DNA of 64,000 bases from positions 124,001-188,000 of the forward strand of contig JAXLNO010005073.1 of NCBI GenBank assembly GCA_038087875.1. The letters run 5' to 3'. Origin of the DNA: Malacoraja senta (Eukaryota). A program made the translations under genes and the position numbers. The notes below the pieces were generated by a model that did not search any database, was not told the origin of the DNA, and was given only the letters and a program-made list of their open reading frames with translations. The stretch's first letter is position 1, and each line of letters opens with the position of its first letter. This document shows, in pieces, positions 63,646 through 64,000 of the stretch.

Positions 63646-64000
63646 ATAAACAAAGGCCTTATCTTCATATCATCTCCACAAAGACTAGATTAGATAGACT
63701 TGGTTATAACAAAAAAACAGATCACTTTAATGATTGAAATCTCCTGACATCCTTGATCACACCCTCTATCACAAGCAGTACTTGGAACAGCAAGTTGACA
63801 AAGCCCATCTATCACAAACCATAGAAAACTGGGGACATTAGAAGATCTCCAGAGACCTTGGCACATCAACCTTGGTAGAATAACTGTAGTGGGAGAAACA
63901 GCAGCAGGTGAGAAAATTCTACATTCACCTCAAAATATCAAACACTCGGTGGACAGGGCCTGGAAAAATAACTCTAGGCCCAATGTTTCAAGGTCAGTTT

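Larger units (their letters stand above)
55488..64000 (+). repeat. Segmental duplicate of window positions 1-8898
   Basis: Same ordered series of CR1, Gypsy, L1, SINE, minisatellite, Rex1 and unique sequence; initial offset 55487. Confidence 0.97.

Overview
Repeat-rich vertebrate genomic DNA, most likely from a cartilaginous fish (skate/ray-like; inferred from the CR1/HE1-type LINE and SINE families). The one supportable host gene is a multi-exon, + strand immunoglobulin-superfamily type I membrane receptor spanning about 27.9-47.8 kb. It has a probable non-coding first exon, a leader exon, eight single-exon Ig domains and a transmembrane exon. All coding exons have GT-AG borders and phase-1 junctions and splice into one open frame of about 865 codons up to the end of the TM exon. 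The ectodomain is a four-domain unit (Cys-less V-like, C2, canonical V, C2 with WxC) present twice, which resembles the CD4/LAG-3 family but at double length. Upstream lie degenerate duplicates of its 5' region, a second leader exon broken by an LTR-like insertion, and an inverted pair of ETS+RUNX modules. Window positions 1-8898 recur at 55488-64000, pointing to a ~55.5-kb tandem unit and hence probably a gene cluster. The rest is CR1, Rex1/Babar, L1-like and L2-like LINE pieces, tRNA-derived SINEs, a deleted BEL/Pao element carrying a degenerate tRNA-Asp copy, a Gypsy remnant, a Harbinger-like MITE and several minisatellites. No CRISPR array or prokaryotic system is present. All alignments and counts were made by eye, so repeat boundaries are approximate.
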